A stretch of 63,709 nt of DNA, filler included. It is 8 parts of 8 records of this genome, joined end to end, with 100 filler letters (N's around TTAATTAATTAA, not from the genome) between each part and the next. Parts side by side here need not be neighbours in the genome. Positions count along the whole stretch, not along the records: positions 9,273 to 14,319 come from SRR31156797_67803; positions 14,420 to 27,127 come from SRR31156797_67823; 6 more parts are not named here. One strand, 5' to 3'. A program made the position numbers and the translations under genes. The notes under the pieces are model-generated. The model saw only the letters and a program-made list of their open reading frames with translations, did not search any database and had not been told where the DNA came from. Positions 9,273 through 21,975 of the stretch are shown one piece after another (positions within the stretch are counted from its first letter, which is position 1; each line of letters opens with the position of its first letter).

Positions 9273-9770
9273 GAGGTCCCTGAAGAGGATGAAAGCCTGT
9301 CCGCTGAACCGGCCCCGTTTATAGGGAACTCCGCTGATAAGAAAATCCTCTCTCCCGGCGCCGATCCCGGCCTCGGCTAGAAACCGGCGTTTCCCGAACC
9401 GGTACCTCACCTGATACACAGCCCGGCTCCCGGGGAAGGAATGCAGGGGCAGAGGGAGCTTTCGTTCTTCTGTAATTGTGTGTCCGGCGGTAATTGATTC
9501 ATGATGAAAGACCGGAGGCTGCGGGTGTTCTTCCGCTTTCTGAAGACGCAGATTCAGGATTCCGCTTATAAGAACAGCCGTCAGACAGAAGAGGATGAGA
9601 AAGAGGAGGGTGCCGCCCCAGAGGAGGGAGGCCAATTCCCCGCGGAGAAGACCGGAGAGGAAGAGAAGAAAAGCCGTAAGAATGAGAACCCCACCACCAA
9701 TGGCCCCCATTCCCCGGGAGGAAAACCGCAGGCGGAAACCGCGCTCCCGCTGTGACTGACCAAAACTCAT
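9273..9770 (-). CDS. Probable DUF58-family membrane protein, N-terminal part (partial)
   Basis: Two N-terminal TM helices followed by PYKRGRF; start overlaps the MoxR stop, the usual MoxR-DUF58 arrangement; cut by the contig end. Confidence 0.6.
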
Positions 9771-10768
9771 TTTGAGGCTTCCAGACCGTCCATAAGCAGC
9801 TGCCGGGGAATTTTGTCCCACTCCCTGCGGTTGTCTTTGAATCGGAGCCTATGGCCCCAGACCGGAGCACCCAGGTCGAGAAGGTCCTGATCGACCACAT
9901 AATCCCGCCCCCGGATCACCGCCAGGGTCCGGGCCGCCTGAATCAGATGGAGGGTTCCCCGGGGGGAGATCCCCAGGACAACCGATTTATGACGCCGGCT
10001 CTCGTCCGCCGCCGCCACTGCCGCCCGGATAAGCGTCTCGTCACAGAAAACCGCGGCCGTATACTGTCTGCAGGCCAGAAGGTCTTTTCGGGTAATCACC
10101 GGCTTCAAAGCCGGAAGCTCACTTTCCGAGGGATTGGCCGTTACGATCTCCGTCTCGGCGGCCCTGTCGGGGTAACCGATCGACAGGCACATCAGAAACC
10201 GGTCCACCTGCGCCGCCGGAAGAAGGTAGGTCCCTTCGATCTCCAGAGGATTCTGGGTGGCCATGACGAAAAAGAGATCGTCCATCTTATGGGTCTTGTT
10301 CCCGACGGTCACCTGATGCTCGGCCATCACCTCCAGAAGGGCCGACTGGACCTTGGGTCCCGCCCTGTTGATCTCGTCGGCCAGGAGAATCTGGGAAAAA
10401 ACCGGTCCCGGAGAGAACTTGAATTTCCGAGTATCGGGATTGAAGATTTCGACCCCGGTAATATCGTAGGGAAGGAGATCAGGAGTGAACTGAATACGCT
10501 GAAAGGCCGCCGCCTTGCCTCTGAGGGAAGTGTCCGATCCGGAAATCAGCTTCGCCAGAGACTTGGCCACCGTCGTCTTTCCCAGCCCCGGCAGGTCTTC
10601 CAGAAGGACATGCCCCCCGGAAAACAGGGAACAGACAAGAAACTGAAGAAACTCATGCTTCCCGCGGATAACCCTCTCCAGGGAGGAGACAAGATTCTCC
10701 GCGGCTTCGGTAACGGCTTCCCGGGTCGGAAGCCCGGTGATTTTTGAACCGGTAGTAATTTTTGCCAT
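9767..10768 (-). CDS. MoxR-family AAA+ ATPase
   Basis: HVLLEDLPGLGKT, RIQFTPDLLPYD, LADEINRA, ATQNP.E.EGTY.LP.AQ.DRF, SPRG. Confidence 0.95.
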   Translation of the reverse strand: MAKITTGSKITGLPTREAVTEAAENLVSSLERVIRGKHEFLQFLVCSLFSGGHVLLEDLPGLGKTTVAKSLAKLISGSDTSLRGKAAAFQRIQFTPDLLPYDITGVEIFNPDTRKFKFSPGPVFSQILLADEINRAGPKVQSALLEVMAEHQVTVGNKTHKMDDLFFVMATQNPLEIEGTYLLPAAQVDRFLMCLSIGYPDRAAETEIVTANPSESELPALKPVITRKDLLACRQYTAAVFCDETLIRAAVAAADESRRHKSVVLGISPRGTLHLIQAARTLAVIRGRDYVVDQDLLDLGAPVWGHRLRFKDNRREWDKIPRQLLMDGLEASK

Positions 10769-10864
10769 AGCTTAAGTGTAGCACATCGGAGGAATTTTTC
10801 CGAGAAGCGAATGGGAAAAAGCAGAAACCGATCGGGGATGATGACAGAGAGATCGCCGTCGGTC

Positions 10865-13800
10865 TCAGCCGCGGGAAGCCTCCCCGATGGTCCCGGCAGG
10901 TGCGGAAAACTGCAGTTCTTCCACCGAGCCGTCCCGGAGGTAGCAGACGAAAGCCCTGATTTCAGGAGCATTGTCTGACCCGGCCGCCTGCTCCATTCCC
11001 CGGACCGCTTCCGCGTAGAGGTCCAACTGGGCGAAGTGCTCCTCCGGCTCCCTGAACCGGTCGGTTTTGAAATCGATCACCCGAATTTCCACCGGCCGGC
11101 CGTCGGCTCCCTGAGCCTTCGAACGGGCCAAAAGGTCGATCTGCCCCCGCAGGAAAACCTCATCCTTTTTCATCAGAAAGGAGACCTCCGCCTCCAGTTC
11201 AAACCCGTCGCGCAGTTCTTCGGCAAAGGGGGTGGCAAAAAAGTGGCCGCAGAGAGTCTCGCCGTCGGCGATCAGCTGCCGGGCCTCCGCTGCCGGAAGA
11301 TCAGCCAGGAGAGCCTCTTTCCTGCCGGGGATGAGAGGTCCGCCCCAGCCCTCCTCCATAATGATGTGACAGAGGGTTCCGAAGCGGGTCTCCAACTCCT
11401 TCTCCCGGATCACAGGGTCGCTCTTCAGGGCGGGAAGCTCCTCAAACTGGGCCGAATCGCCGCGACGTACGGAAACGCCCTCTACAGGAACTCCGGTGGT
11501 TTCAGGTTCCATCCAGTCAAAGGTCTGCTGGCCACCGGCCGGAGGAGTGGCTTCCCGGGGAACATCGAAAACCGGGGACTTATCGCTCCCGGCCTGGGGC
11601 CCGGTCCGCTCCTCACGGATCCAGCCGGTGACGGGAAACTCATCCACCGGAATCTTCCGGTCCAGAACCGCCGCCCGTCCGTATTGAACCAGAGCCGAAT
11701 CGGCATCGATGGGCCTGAGTCCTCTCATGAGAGAAAAACTCTCCTCCCGGCTCACCGGATCCATTACCTCGACGATCTCCTGGAGGTCGGGGATGATAAG
11801 GGGATCGGTCTTGGCCTGCCACCCGAATCCCATCAGAAAAAGGTTGAGAAGATTATTGGGTTTGGACTGGTTCCGGGATGTGTGACGGCCGGCAAGGATG
11901 AGGTGACATTCGGACCGGGTCAGGGCAACATAGAGGAGTCGCTTCATCTCCGCCAGTTCCCGTTCGGCTTCCTCTTTCTCCATTTCCGCGTAGACCGGGT
12001 TCCCGAGCTTGTTTCCTTCGGCGTCCTCCAGCTTGAGGGAAATTCCCAAATCCGGATGAAAATAAAAAGGAGATCTTTTGTCCCCGCCGGTGACGCCGAC
12101 GGAGCCGCAGTCGGCGAGGATGGTCACGGGAAACTCCAGCCCTTTGGAGGCGTGGACTGTCATGATGGAGACACCGGGACTCTTCCTCTTTAAGACAGCC
12201 AGTTCATCGAGTTTCTTGTTCTGCCCCAGATTCGGCCGGAGTTCATCGAGGAAACCCGCCAGGGTCAGCCCCCGTTCATCCGCCGAAAGGGCCAGGGCGG
12301 AAAGGTAGTCATAGTACTCGAGGTAGTGGTGGTAGGCGGGGTTCTTGAGCAGAGTAAAACGGTACCCCCTGTCGTACCAGATCCACCGGATGAGTTCGGC
12401 CAGGGGGATCCGATCAGCCCGATCCAGACAGCCCTGATAGAGTTCGGCTGCCGTTTTCAGCTTTTCCCGATCCTCCTCCCGCAGAGCCAGTTCAAAACTC
12501 TTCTCTTCAAAGGGCAGCCCCTCCTGATTCAGAAGGAGCCGGATCATCGAGTCATCCCCGAGGTTGACGAAGGGGGAGCGCAGCAGGGCAGTATAGGCGT
12601 TCGGATCCTCCGGATAGACTGTCAGCTGCAGAAGGGCGTAGATGTCGTTTGCTGGAGCCTCCATAAAGAGGGAGCGCACATCGGCGACATCGTAGGGGAT
12701 ACCCATATTCCGGAAGTACTTCTCATAGACAAACTGGTTGGAGCCTGATCGGAAAAGGACGGCGAAGTCATCGTAGCCCGCCGGCCGCCTCTCGCCCTCC
12801 CGGAAAACCTCGAGGTCTCCGGCCTCCACCCGCTCGCGGATGTAGCGGGCGATATGAAAGGCCTCCAGATCCTTTGCCGGGATATTCCGGGGATCGGGTA
12901 CCGATTTGTCCTCTTCGGCGTAAAAGAGTTTGATCACCGGCGGCTTCGTCAGATTGGCGTTTCGGCTCTCCAGAGGCTGAAATCCCGCCTCGTACTCCTC
13001 CAGGCCCGCCCCCATGATGGCAGGGAAAATCTCGTTAAAGAATTCAATCAGTCCGGGTTCGGAACGGTAGTTTGTGTCCAGGGCGATCTTCTCCCCGCCG
13101 CAGGATTCCAGTTCACCGCTTAAGCCCTTGAAAACAGAAACATCGGCTCCCCGAAATCGATAAATCGACTGCTTCTCATCTCCCACAAAGTAGAGCTTCT
13201 CCTTTGCCAGATCCTCAGGCTCCGGCATGCCCTCCGCCTCCCGGGCCTCATCCTCGGCCAGGAGAAAGAGGAGATCCTTCTGAAGCCGGTTGTTATCCTG
13301 AAACTCATCGATCATGATAAACCGGAACTTCTTCTTGTAGTGCCGTCGCAGGTTGTGGTTGTTTTTGAGGATGGCCACAGCCAGTTCCATGACGTCCTGG
13401 AACGAGAGGAGTCCGGAACTGCGCTTCTTTTTCAGCAGCCGCTCCTGGTAGTCGGCGGCCAGCTCGGCGACCCGGCCGATATGCTCCCTGTTTTCAAGAA
13501 CCGCGCAGCAGCCGGCGGTCTGAACCATCACCGGTTTGAACTCGGCCATCAGATCCTTCAGGGCGACCATCGGCGGTTTGGAGACATTGCCCAGGGCTCG
13601 GATCCCGGCAATCGCCGAATATCTCCGCCCCAGGGCAGGCCACTCCTCCGCCTCCAGAAGTGCCTGAACATCATCACATTCCGCCAGTTTGGCCGTCAGG
13701 GTTTCAAAACTCTTACCCGTAGCCCCGTTCAGCTCACCGGCCAGAACGGCGTACTGCTCCAGGGCTTCCACCCCCTTCTTCACCCGCTTGGCCATCGTTT

Positions 13801-14319
13801 CAAACTGATTTTTCGCCAGGGCGCAGAAGTCCGTGGGAACCGCCGGAGAGACCGCTGTTCGCCCCAGGGGCTGCCAGATCTCTTCCAGAACCCTTTTGAA
13901 GCCGTACTCCGACAGGAGCCGGGCCATGGAGGGATCGGTCTTGTTCTCCAGAAGAAACTCCATCGCCGTCTCTTCGATCATCCGATCGGAGGCCGGTTTA
14001 TCCAGTCTGAAGTCCTCGGGAATCCCGTAGCGGGCGCAGTCTCCCCGGACAATCTGGGAACAGAAGGAGTCGAGGGTGGAAATCTGGGCCAGATCGAAGC
14101 GGCCGAGTTCCTCCCGGATAACAGAATTATCCTGATTATCGGTGAAGTGCTTGTGGATTCGGGCGTACATCTCCGCCGCCGCCTTCCGGGTAAAGGTGAG
14201 GGTGAGGATCTCGTCCACACCGGCCCGCCGCTCTTTCACAAGCCTTAGAAAACGCAAGGCCAGAACCGTTGTCTTCCCCGACCCCGCTCCGGCGGTGATA
14301 ACACCGTTTATATTAATAT
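10865..14319 (-). CDS. addA: AddA-like UvrD/SF1 helicase with C-terminal PD-(D/E)XK nuclease (5' partial)
   Basis: Frame extends upstream of the ORF call to VITAGAGSGKT; LTFTRKAA, IDEFQD, VGDEKQSIYRFRGA, TVHASKGLEF, RLLYVALTR; C-terminal GQIDLL..IDFKT..QLDLY. Confidence 0.85.
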
Positions 14320-14419
14320 NNNNNNNNNNNNNNNNNNNNNNNNNNNNNNNNNNNNNNNNNNNNTTAATTAATTAANNNNNNNNNNNNNNNNNNNNNNNNN
14401 NNNNNNNNNNNNNNNNNNN
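14320..14419. other. Artificial contig linker
   Basis: N-TTAATTAATTAA-N spacer. Confidence 0.99.
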
Positions 14420-14630
14420 TTTTCTGCCCGCGCAATTCGCGCAGAAGGTCGAGACCGTCCAGATTCGGCAGAGTCAGATCGAGGACCACCAGGTCGTAAT
14501 CCTGGGAACGCAGAATGACCTCTCCTTCCTCGCCGTCGGCGCTTTGATCGACGGCGTAGTCGGCCTGGCGCAGGGACCGCGCCAGGCTGTCGGCCAGGAT
14601 GGCGTCGTCTTCGATCAATAGAACGCGCAA
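14420..14630 (-). CDS. tctD: OmpR-family response regulator TctD, N-terminal REC fragment (partial)
   Basis: MRVLLIEDD..YDLVVLDLTLPNLDG; divergent from tctCBA; cut by the contig end. Confidence 0.75.
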
Positions 14631-14825
14631 GGTCCCTGCCTTTCGCCCTTATCGGAATCGTGCCCGGTCGGAACAGGCCGGCCGGCGACCGATTCTGTCG
14701 GCTTATTCAAGCTCGGTGAAATTAATAACATTTTTTCCGGCTTGGCACGAAAGGTTGAAGAAGGCTCGTTTTCGTAAGCTGGACGGCATCAATAATACTA
14801 TGCAATCGCAGGAAGGTTTCGAATC

Positions 14826-15806
14826 ATGGGAATTAGCAAGACATTTCGGACGCTGACCCTGGCCGCGGGGGTAATCGGCCTGGCAGTTTCCGCGTCGGCC
14901 GTTCAGGCGGCGGACATCGACAAAATCCACTTCCTCGTTCCCGGCGGCGCCGGAGGCGGCTGGGACGGAACGGCGCGCGGAACCGGCGAAGCCCTGACCA
15001 AATCCGGTATCGTCGGCACGGCATCCTATGAAAACATGTCCGGCGGCGGCGGCGGCAAGGCGATCGGTTATATGATCGAAAACGCCGCCTCCAGCCACGA
15101 TACCCTGATGGTCAATTCGACTCCGATCGTCATCCGTTCGCTGGTCGGACGTTTTTCCTACAACTTCCGCGACCTGACCATGATCGCCGGCACCATCGGC
15201 GACTACGCCGCCTTCGTCGTCAACAAGGACAGCCCGATCAATACGTTCAAGGAACTGGTCGCGGCCTACAAGGCCGATCCGAGCAAGGTTGCCATCGGCG
15301 GCGGGTCGGTGCCGGGCGGCATGGATCACTTGGTTGCCGCCATGGCCATGCAGGCGGCCGGTCAGGATCCCAACAAGGTCAAGTACATCCCCTATGACGC
15401 CGGCGGCAAAGCCATGGCCGCCCTGCTGTCGGGTGAAATCAAGGCGCTGTCGACCGGTTTCTCCGAAGCCGTCAGCCTGGCCAATGCCGGCGAAGTCAAG
15501 ATCATCGGCATAACGGCGGCGGACCGCGTCGATGCCTACAAGGATGCGCCGACCCTGAAGGAACAGGGCTTCGATGCCGAGTTCGTCAACTGGCGTGGCT
15601 TTTTCGGTCCCCCGGGGCTGCCCGACGATAAGGCCAAGGCCTACCGCGACGCCTTCGCCAAGATGTACACCACACCCGAATGGGAAGCGGTGCGGGCGCG
15701 CAACGGCTGGGTCAACATCCACAATCCCGGCGATCAGTTCACGGCTTTCCTGGAAAAACAGGAAACCGTCATCAAAGATCTGATGAAAAAGCTGGGTTTC
15801 CTCTAG
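14826..15806 (+). CDS. tctC: Tripartite tricarboxylate transporter substrate-binding protein (Bug/TctC)
   Basis: Signal peptide; VPGGAGGGWDGTAR, ENMSGGGG, IPYDAGG, PTLKEQG..NWRG. Confidence 0.95.
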   Translation: MGISKTFRTLTLAAGVIGLAVSASAVQAADIDKIHFLVPGGAGGGWDGTARGTGEALTKSGIVGTASYENMSGGGGGKAIGYMIENAASSHDTLMVNSTPIVIRSLVGRFSYNFRDLTMIAGTIGDYAAFVVNKDSPINTFKELVAAYKADPSKVAIGGGSVPGGMDHLVAAMAMQAAGQDPNKVKYIPYDAGGKAMAALLSGEIKALSTGFSEAVSLANAGEVKIIGITAADRVDAYKDAPTLKEQGFDAEFVNWRGFFGPPGLPDDKAKAYRDAFAKMYTTPEWEAVRARNGWVNIHNPGDQFTAFLEKQETVIKDLMKKLGFL

Positions 15807-15823
15807 ACACTGTTGCCAGAGCA

Positions 15824-15852
15824 GGGGCGCCCGCAGGGGCGCCCCATTTTTT
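15824..15852 (+). terminator. Hairpin with U-tract after tctC
   Basis: GGGGCGCCC-GCAG-GGGCGCCCC-ATTTTTT. Confidence 0.65.
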
Positions 15853-15894
15853 GTATAATCGATAACAAATCATCTGCCGGGGGAGGCCGACGTC

Positions 15895-16377
15895 ATGGCG
15901 TTGGACAAATGGATTGCCGTTGTTTTCTTGATCGTCTCGCTGATCTACGGGTACGCGTCCTATACCTACCCGCTGTTGCCGTTCGAGCGAAACATGGTCT
16001 TCCTGCCGAACACCATGCCCATGGTCCTGAGCGTGCTGGCGATGGCGCTGGCGCTGATGATTATCTTTTCCCGCAAGCCGGTGGCGGATGCCGAGAGTGA
16101 CGTGCTCGGCCAAATCGACGTTTCGCGGCTGCGCCAATACAAGGTCGGGCAGGCCCTTTCGCTGATCGGGGCGATGGTTCTTTACGCAATGGCCCTGCGC
16201 CCGGTTGGTTTCATTGCGTCGACCACCCTTTTCCTGGTCGGCACCGGATGGATATTGGGCGAACGCCGGCCGGTGGTCATGGTCGTAATTGCCCTGGTCG
16301 GTGCCGGAAGTATCTGGCTGTTGGTGCAGGAGGCCTTGGGGATTTTCCTGCGGCCGTTGCCCTGGTTTCTGTCGTAG
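15895..16377 (+). CDS. tctB: Tripartite tricarboxylate transporter small membrane subunit TctB
   Basis: 160-aa 4-5 TM protein between tctC and tctA; GFIAST, LGIFL.PLP. Confidence 0.9.
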   Translation: MALDKWIAVVFLIVSLIYGYASYTYPLLPFERNMVFLPNTMPMVLSVLAMALALMIIFSRKPVADAESDVLGQIDVSRLRQYKVGQALSLIGAMVLYAMALRPVGFIASTTLFLVGTGWILGERRPVVMVVIALVGAGSIWLLVQEALGIFLRPLPWFLS

Positions 16378-16389
16378 GGAGGTCGCGTC

Positions 16390-17907
16390 ATGCTTGAAGG
16401 TATCCTGCTCGGCCTGCAAACGGCCTTTTCCATCCAGAACCTTTTCCTCGTGGTGATGGGCTGCGTCATCGGCACCGTGATCGGCATGCTGCCCGGGCTC
16501 GGACCGATGTCGATCATCGCCATCATGATTCCGGTCGCCATCACCATCGGCGATCCCTCGGCGGCCCTCATTCTTCTTGCCGGGGTTTATTACGGCGCCA
16601 TTTTCGGCGGCTCCACATCGTCGATTCTGATCAACGCCCCGGGCGTTGCCGGAACCGTCGCTACCGCCTTCGACGGCTATCCCCTGGCCCGGCAGGGCAA
16701 GGCGGGCAAGGCCCTGACCGTCGCCGCCATCGCGTCCTTTTCCGGCGGTACCATCGCCGCCGTCCTGCTGATGGGGTTCGCGCCGGGGCTGGCATCGGTG
16801 GCGCTGTTGTTTCATTCGGCCGAGTATTTCGCCCTGATGGTGGTCGGCCTGTCGGCGATCGCCGCCTTCGCCGGCACCGGCAAGGTCGTCAAGGCGCTGA
16901 TGATGACGGTCGTCGGCCTGATGCTGGCCACCGTCGGCGAATCGGCGCTGTTCAACGCGCCCCGCTTCACCATGGGGGTGCAGGATCTGCAATCGGGTTT
17001 CAGTTTCGTCACCCTGGCGATGGCCCTGTTCGCGTTGCCGGAAGCCCTCTATCTGGTGCTCGATCCGAAGCGCGGATCGATCGAAGGCCGCAGCGAAAAG
17101 ATCAAGGATCTGCGCATCACCCGCGACGAAGCCAAACAGATAGCCCCGGTCATCGGCCGCCAATCGATCCAGGGTTTCCTGATCGGTGTCATGCCCGGCG
17201 CCGGCGCCACCATCGCGTCGTTCCTCGGTTACGCGGTCGAGCGCAACATCGCCAAGGGCGAGGATCAGGAGGAGTTCGGCAGAGGGTCGCTGAAAGGCCT
17301 GGCGGCGCCCGAGACCGCCAACAACGCTGCCTGCACCGGGTCTTTCGTGCCGCTGCTGACCCTCGGCATTCCGGGGTCGGGCACAACGGCCATTCTGTTG
17401 GGCGCCCTGATCGCGCTGAACGTCAATCCCGGTCCGCGGCTGATGGTCGACAATCCGTCCGTTTTCTGGGCCGTCATCATCTCCATGTATATCGGCAATG
17501 TCGTGCTGCTGATCCTCAACCTGCCGCTGATTCCCTATATCGCCAAGTTGCTGACCGTGCCCAGGAACTACCTGATTCCCTTTATCCTGTTTTTCACCAT
17601 GGTCGGCGCCTATATCGGCCAGAACAATGCGACCGAATTGCTGATCCTGGTCGGCCTCGGGGTTGGCGCGACGATCCTGCGCTTTGCCGACTATCCGCTG
17701 GCGCCGCTGCTGATCGGCTTCATCCTGGGCCGCATGATGGAGGACAACTTCGCCCGTGCGGTCCATCTGACCGACGGCGTCGGCTTCATGGTGCAGCGCC
17801 CGATGACCTTTGGGCTGCTGGTTATCGGCGTGCTGTTGATTGTCATGCCGGCCTATCGCCGCCGCCGCGCCCTGGCCCGGCAAAAGGCAGCCGCCGACGG
17901 CGACTAG
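16390..17907 (+). CDS. tctA: Tripartite tricarboxylate transporter large permease TctA
   Basis: GMLPGLG, YGAIFGGS.SSILINAPG, AFDGYPLA.QG, APETANNA, LTLGIPGS. Confidence 0.97.
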   Translation: MLEGILLGLQTAFSIQNLFLVVMGCVIGTVIGMLPGLGPMSIIAIMIPVAITIGDPSAALILLAGVYYGAIFGGSTSSILINAPGVAGTVATAFDGYPLARQGKAGKALTVAAIASFSGGTIAAVLLMGFAPGLASVALLFHSAEYFALMVVGLSAIAAFAGTGKVVKALMMTVVGLMLATVGESALFNAPRFTMGVQDLQSGFSFVTLAMALFALPEALYLVLDPKRGSIEGRSEKIKDLRITRDEAKQIAPVIGRQSIQGFLIGVMPGAGATIASFLGYAVERNIAKGEDQEEFGRGSLKGLAAPETANNAACTGSFVPLLTLGIPGSGTTAILLGALIALNVNPGPRLMVDNPSVFWAVIISMYIGNVVLLILNLPLIPYIAKLLTVPRNYLIPFILFFTMVGAYIGQNNATELLILVGLGVGATILRFADYPLAPLLIGFILGRMMEDNFARAVHLTDGVGFMVQRPMTFGLLVIGVLLIVMPAYRRRRALARQKAAADGD

Positions 17908-17928
17908 GATTCCTTTTTCAGGAATGCG

Positions 17929-19407
<1,479 letters not shown>

Positions 19408-19468
19408 CTATGGCGCCCCGTGTGCGATAATCGCGCATAAATAAGGTATTTCATGCGGGAATCATGCA

Positions 19469-19930
19469 ATGATCGATCTGGATGCATTCGACTACGAAAT
19501 CCTGCGCTTGCTGCAGACGAATGCCCGGTTATCCAACGTTGCGTTGTCGGAGCGGGTTCACCTGTCACCGTCCCAGGTTTCGCGCCGGCTTCAACGGCTC
19601 GAGGACGAAGGCGTCATCGCCGGATACGGCGCCCGCATCGATCCCCGCGCCATCGGGCTCGATGTAACCGCCATCGTCCACGTCACCATGGAAAAGCAGA
19701 AGGAAAACATGGCCGCCGATTTCCACGCCGCCATCCGCGCCATGCCGGAAATCGTGCAATGCTCGTTCATTACCGGTGATGCCGACTATGTTCTGCGCGT
19801 CGTTTGTGCCGATCTCGACGGCTTTTCCCGCTTCGTCAACGAGCGCATGCTGACCATGCCCGGCGTGTCGTCCTTCAAAAGCCACATCGTGCTGCGTGAC
19901 CTGAAGGACGGCGTCGGCCTGCCTCTGTGA
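19469..19930 (+). CDS. Lrp/AsnC-family transcriptional regulator
   Basis: LDAFDYEILRLLQTNAR.S...LSE.V.LS...RRLQRLE..GVI.GY; C-terminal ITGDADYVL. Confidence 0.95.
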   Translation: MIDLDAFDYEILRLLQTNARLSNVALSERVHLSPSQVSRRLQRLEDEGVIAGYGARIDPRAIGLDVTAIVHVTMEKQKENMAADFHAAIRAMPEIVQCSFITGDADYVLRVVCADLDGFSRFVNERMLTMPGVSSFKSHIVLRDLKDGVGLPL

Positions 19931-19949
19931 AGAGAGGCGCGTCGCCGGG

Positions 19950-20309
19950 TCAGTTGCCGGTTTCGATCCGGACCTTTTCGGGATAGAAGGCGAGATATCG
20001 CCTGATCGCGGCGACCGCCGGGAACGGATCGGTATAGGTCCAGACCGCGTTTTCGATCGTCGCCGTCCGCCCGACGATGCTGAAATGGGACGCATCCCCC
20101 TTATAGGGACAATGGGTCGAATGCGATGTCGGAAGGAGCAAACTCATCTCCGCGTCTTCGCGCGGCAGATAATAGACCGGCCTGTAGGCGGCCTCCTGCA
20201 TGACCAGGGCGCGGCTCGATTCGGCGACGGGTCGGCCGTCAAGGGTGACGATAACCCGGTCCTTCGCGGGTTCGATGGAAATGGGATGGTCCGCTCCCGG
20301 CGTTTTCAT
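19950..20309 (-). CDS. DUF427 domain protein
   Basis: PVYYLPRED, THCPYKGDASHFS, NAVWTY..PFPAV..I..YLAFY. Confidence 0.9.
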   Translation of the reverse strand: MKTPGADHPISIEPAKDRVIVTLDGRPVAESSRALVMQEAAYRPVYYLPREDAEMSLLLPTSHSTHCPYKGDASHFSIVGRTATIENAVWTYTDPFPAVAAIRRYLAFYPEKVRIETGN

Positions 20310-20488
20310 GGGCGTACCTTTCCGGATCGTGCCTTGTTTTCATATGGGCATGGACCGCATCGGCAAAAAGGACGAAAAACGGACCATGCCGGCGAAAGGT
20401 TCGGCCCCTACCGTCTTTCCGGCGGCTTTGGCCTGCCCGGAACGCTGCGAATGGATTAGTTTGAAACGACTGCTGCAAGGGTGATGGA

Positions 20489-21748
20489 ATGGCCGGGCAG
20501 ACCATTGAAAAAGGAGACACGGCAACCGCCTCGCAACCGGCGGACGGGGACGCGCATCCGTTCCGCTGGGCGGTGCTGGCCGGCGTCTGGCTGGCCTATT
20601 ACTGCTTCGGCCTGACCAGCGTTTCCCTGGCGCCCCTGGTCGGCGCCGTCGGCGACGACCTCGGTCTCAGCCATTCGGCCATGGGAACCGTGCTCGGGGC
20701 CTGGCAACTGGTCTATATCGGTTCGGCCATTCCCTGCGGCGTGTTCCTCGATCGTTTCGGCCCGCGCCGGGCGCTGCTGGTCGCCCTGCTCGTCATCGCC
20801 GCTTCGGCCGCCCTTCGCGGCACGGCGACGGGCTATGCAAGTCTGTTCCTCGCGGTCGCGTTTTTCGGCCTCGGCGGCCCGATGGTTTCCATCGGCGCGC
20901 CGAAGCTGATCAGCCTTTGGTTCGAAGGGCGCGAACGCGGGCTGGCCATGGGTATCTACATGACCGGCCCGGCCTTGGGCACGATGACCGGGCTATCGCT
21001 TACCAACGGCTTTTTGATGCCGTTTTTCGACGGCGCCTGGCGGCACGTCCTGTTTACCTACGCTGTCGTCGTTCTGGCCGCGGCGCTGGCCTGGTTCGGC
21101 CTGACCGCGCACGGCGCCAGCCGCGACATGGAACGGCGACTGGCCGCCGAACCGCGCGAATCGCAGTTGCGGGTCTTTGCCGACCTGGTTCGCATTCCGG
21201 CGGTGCGCATCGTGCTGGCCATGAGCATCGGCATCTTTTTTTTCAATCACGGTCTCAACAACTGGCTGCCGGAAATCCTCAGAAGCAACGGCATGACGGC
21301 GACGATGGCCGGCTACTGGGCGTCGATCCCCGTTCTTGTCGGGGTGGCTTCCTCGATCACCATTCCCCGGCTGGCAACGCCGCCAAGGCGTTTGAAGATT
21401 CTGTTCGGCCTGTTCCTGGCTGCGGCCGGCGCCACCCTTTTGCTCAATATTTCAGGTGGACCGCTATTGGCCGGCGGGTTGGTGCTGCAGGGCACCGCGC
21501 GCGGCGCCATGATGACCCTGGCCATTCTGACGCTTCTCGATATCCCCTCGGTCGGTTCGCGCCGGGCCGGGCTGGCCGGAGGCCTGTTTTTTTCGGCGGC
21601 CGAGGTTGGCGGCGTCCTTGGACCGGTATCCATCGGCCTCCTTTCGGATGCGATGGAAGGGTTCGATTCCGTGTTGATTTTGTTGACCGGGATTTGCGCG
21701 GTTTTGATGTTCCTGTTGGCGCGGCTGCGACGCCTTGCCCGCCCGTGA
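20489..21748 (+). CDS. MFS transporter, CynX/NimT-like
   Basis: About 12 TM, GVFLDRFGPRR motif A, WF..RERGLAMG, NNWLPEIL. Confidence 0.88.
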   Translation: MAGQTIEKGDTATASQPADGDAHPFRWAVLAGVWLAYYCFGLTSVSLAPLVGAVGDDLGLSHSAMGTVLGAWQLVYIGSAIPCGVFLDRFGPRRALLVALLVIAASAALRGTATGYASLFLAVAFFGLGGPMVSIGAPKLISLWFEGRERGLAMGIYMTGPALGTMTGLSLTNGFLMPFFDGAWRHVLFTYAVVVLAAALAWFGLTAHGASRDMERRLAAEPRESQLRVFADLVRIPAVRIVLAMSIGIFFFNHGLNNWLPEILRSNGMTATMAGYWASIPVLVGVASSITIPRLATPPRRLKILFGLFLAAAGATLLLNISGGPLLAGGLVLQGTARGAMMTLAILTLLDIPSVGSRRAGLAGGLFFSAAEVGGVLGPVSIGLLSDAMEGFDSVLILLTGICAVLMFLLARLRRLARP

Positions 21749-21975
21749 TTTGTCCGTCGGTTCTTTTAATGCCCGTGGATGCCGCGCGCATCACACCTTG
21801 CGTGGGTGAAAAAGAGGTGGCGGGGCGATCCGGCGGCCGAATCCACATCAAGGCCGAGGGGCTGGTCAATCTCTTCGGGTGTACCGATGTGCGCCGAAAG
21901 CACCAATATAATATTCCTCAAGGGTGAATTTCTTCGTACATTGAAAATTGGGTCGACGCCGGAAGTTTTCCAAAT

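Noticed and set aside
14742-14768. TTGGCACG upstream of tctC as a sigma54 promoter
   Set aside because: No GC at the -12 position (GG-N10-TG); the nearby GAAAGG/GAAGGC repeats might be a TctD site but are too weak to call
15772-17883. 703-aa minus-strand ORF and other long antisense ORFs (e.g. 14703-15722, 18016-19290, 41633-43246, 11036-12193)
   Set aside because: Shadow frames opposite well-supported genes in GC-rich DNA; no recognisable motifs
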